From assembly GCA_011911785.1 (NCBI GenBank), contig GCA_011911785.1_4084.1: DNA of 64,000 bases. One strand, written 5' to 3'. Each line of letters starts with the position of its first letter. Positions within the stretch are counted from its first letter, which is position 1. The notes below the pieces were generated by a model. It saw only the letters and a list, made by a program, of their open reading frames with translations, did no database searches and was not told the DNA's origin. The DNA is from a phage. Positions 63,804 through 64,000 of this stretch are shown one piece after another. The position numbers were made by a program, and so were the translations under genes.

Positions 63804-64000
63804 GTGAAATTGATAAGAGATACTCGTCGTTTCTTTCATACTCAATTAGTAGACCCATGTTATGATATTTCCGATTTCCTTGAAACCTATCTCCTTGATC
63901 TAACTACACCACTGCTTAAAAAATACGTAGGCACAAAAGCTATATATCTTGGAAGAGAAGTTGAAATTACCAACATATCATATTCTTATGGGGCATACAT
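63804..64000 (+). CDS. YIGK-motif family member, 3'-truncated by window end
   Basis: open frame to window edge; segment KKYVGTKAIYLGREVEI; GTG or TTG start. Confidence 0.4.
   Translation, partial: MKLIRDTRRFFHTQLVDPCYDISDFLETYLLDLTTPLLKKYVGTKAIYLGREVEITNISYSYGAY

Noticed and set aside
1-64000. tRNA or rRNA genes
   Set aside because: I found no cloverleaf-compatible sequence with a GTTCGA-type T-loop and no rRNA-like segment. This is a by-eye search only; a tRNAscan or Infernal run is needed for certainty.
1-64000. Integrase, transposase or IS element explaining the repeats
   Set aside because: No ORF shows recombinase or transposase motifs. The repeated elements are short regulatory cassettes without terminal inverted repeats or target-site duplications.

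Overview
AT-rich (roughly one-third GC by eye), densely packed window in which every credible gene is on the plus strand. It reads as an accessory (hyperplastic) region of a large T4-type myophage, not as host chromosome: it encodes a T4 Rnl1-like RNA ligase, a T4 Pnk-like polynucleotide kinase/phosphatase and a phage Dam-family N6-adenine methyltransferase, and no virion structural or replication genes. Three parts are visible. (1) 1-12.6 kb: about 40 small ORFs, most behind their own sigma70-like promoter (TTGACA or TTGCAT, 16-17 nt spacer, TATAAT, often with AGTACTG just upstream) followed by a G-rich 5'UTR stem-loop and an RBS. These look like the promoter-early-stem-loop (PeSL) cassettes described for T4-type phages. 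A four-copy repeat fuses an intrinsic terminator hairpin to the next promoter. (2) 13.1-47 kb, with two more members at 58-59 kb: two head-to-tail paralog arrays, about 26 small proteins (65-87 aa) with an LGTNYQ motif and about 50 larger proteins (110-220 aa) with an invariant FQ in an (E)EE-[YF]-F-Q-x-S-[LT]-[VI]-x-D motif, transcribed from few promoters and linked by overlapping stop/start codons. A methyl-accepting chemotaxis protein (MCP)-like membrane transducer sits inside this array. I regard these arrays as the most likely undescribed system here; their function is unknown. (3) 47-64 kb: mixed accessory genes, a third ~90-aa paralog family, and an ORF-free GC-richer island at 50.55-51.19 kb. 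The hexamer AGTACT is strongly over-represented throughout. No tRNA, rRNA, CRISPR array, integrase or transposase was recognised. All coordinates come from manual reading and counting; promoter and hairpin coordinates are approximate (a few nt).
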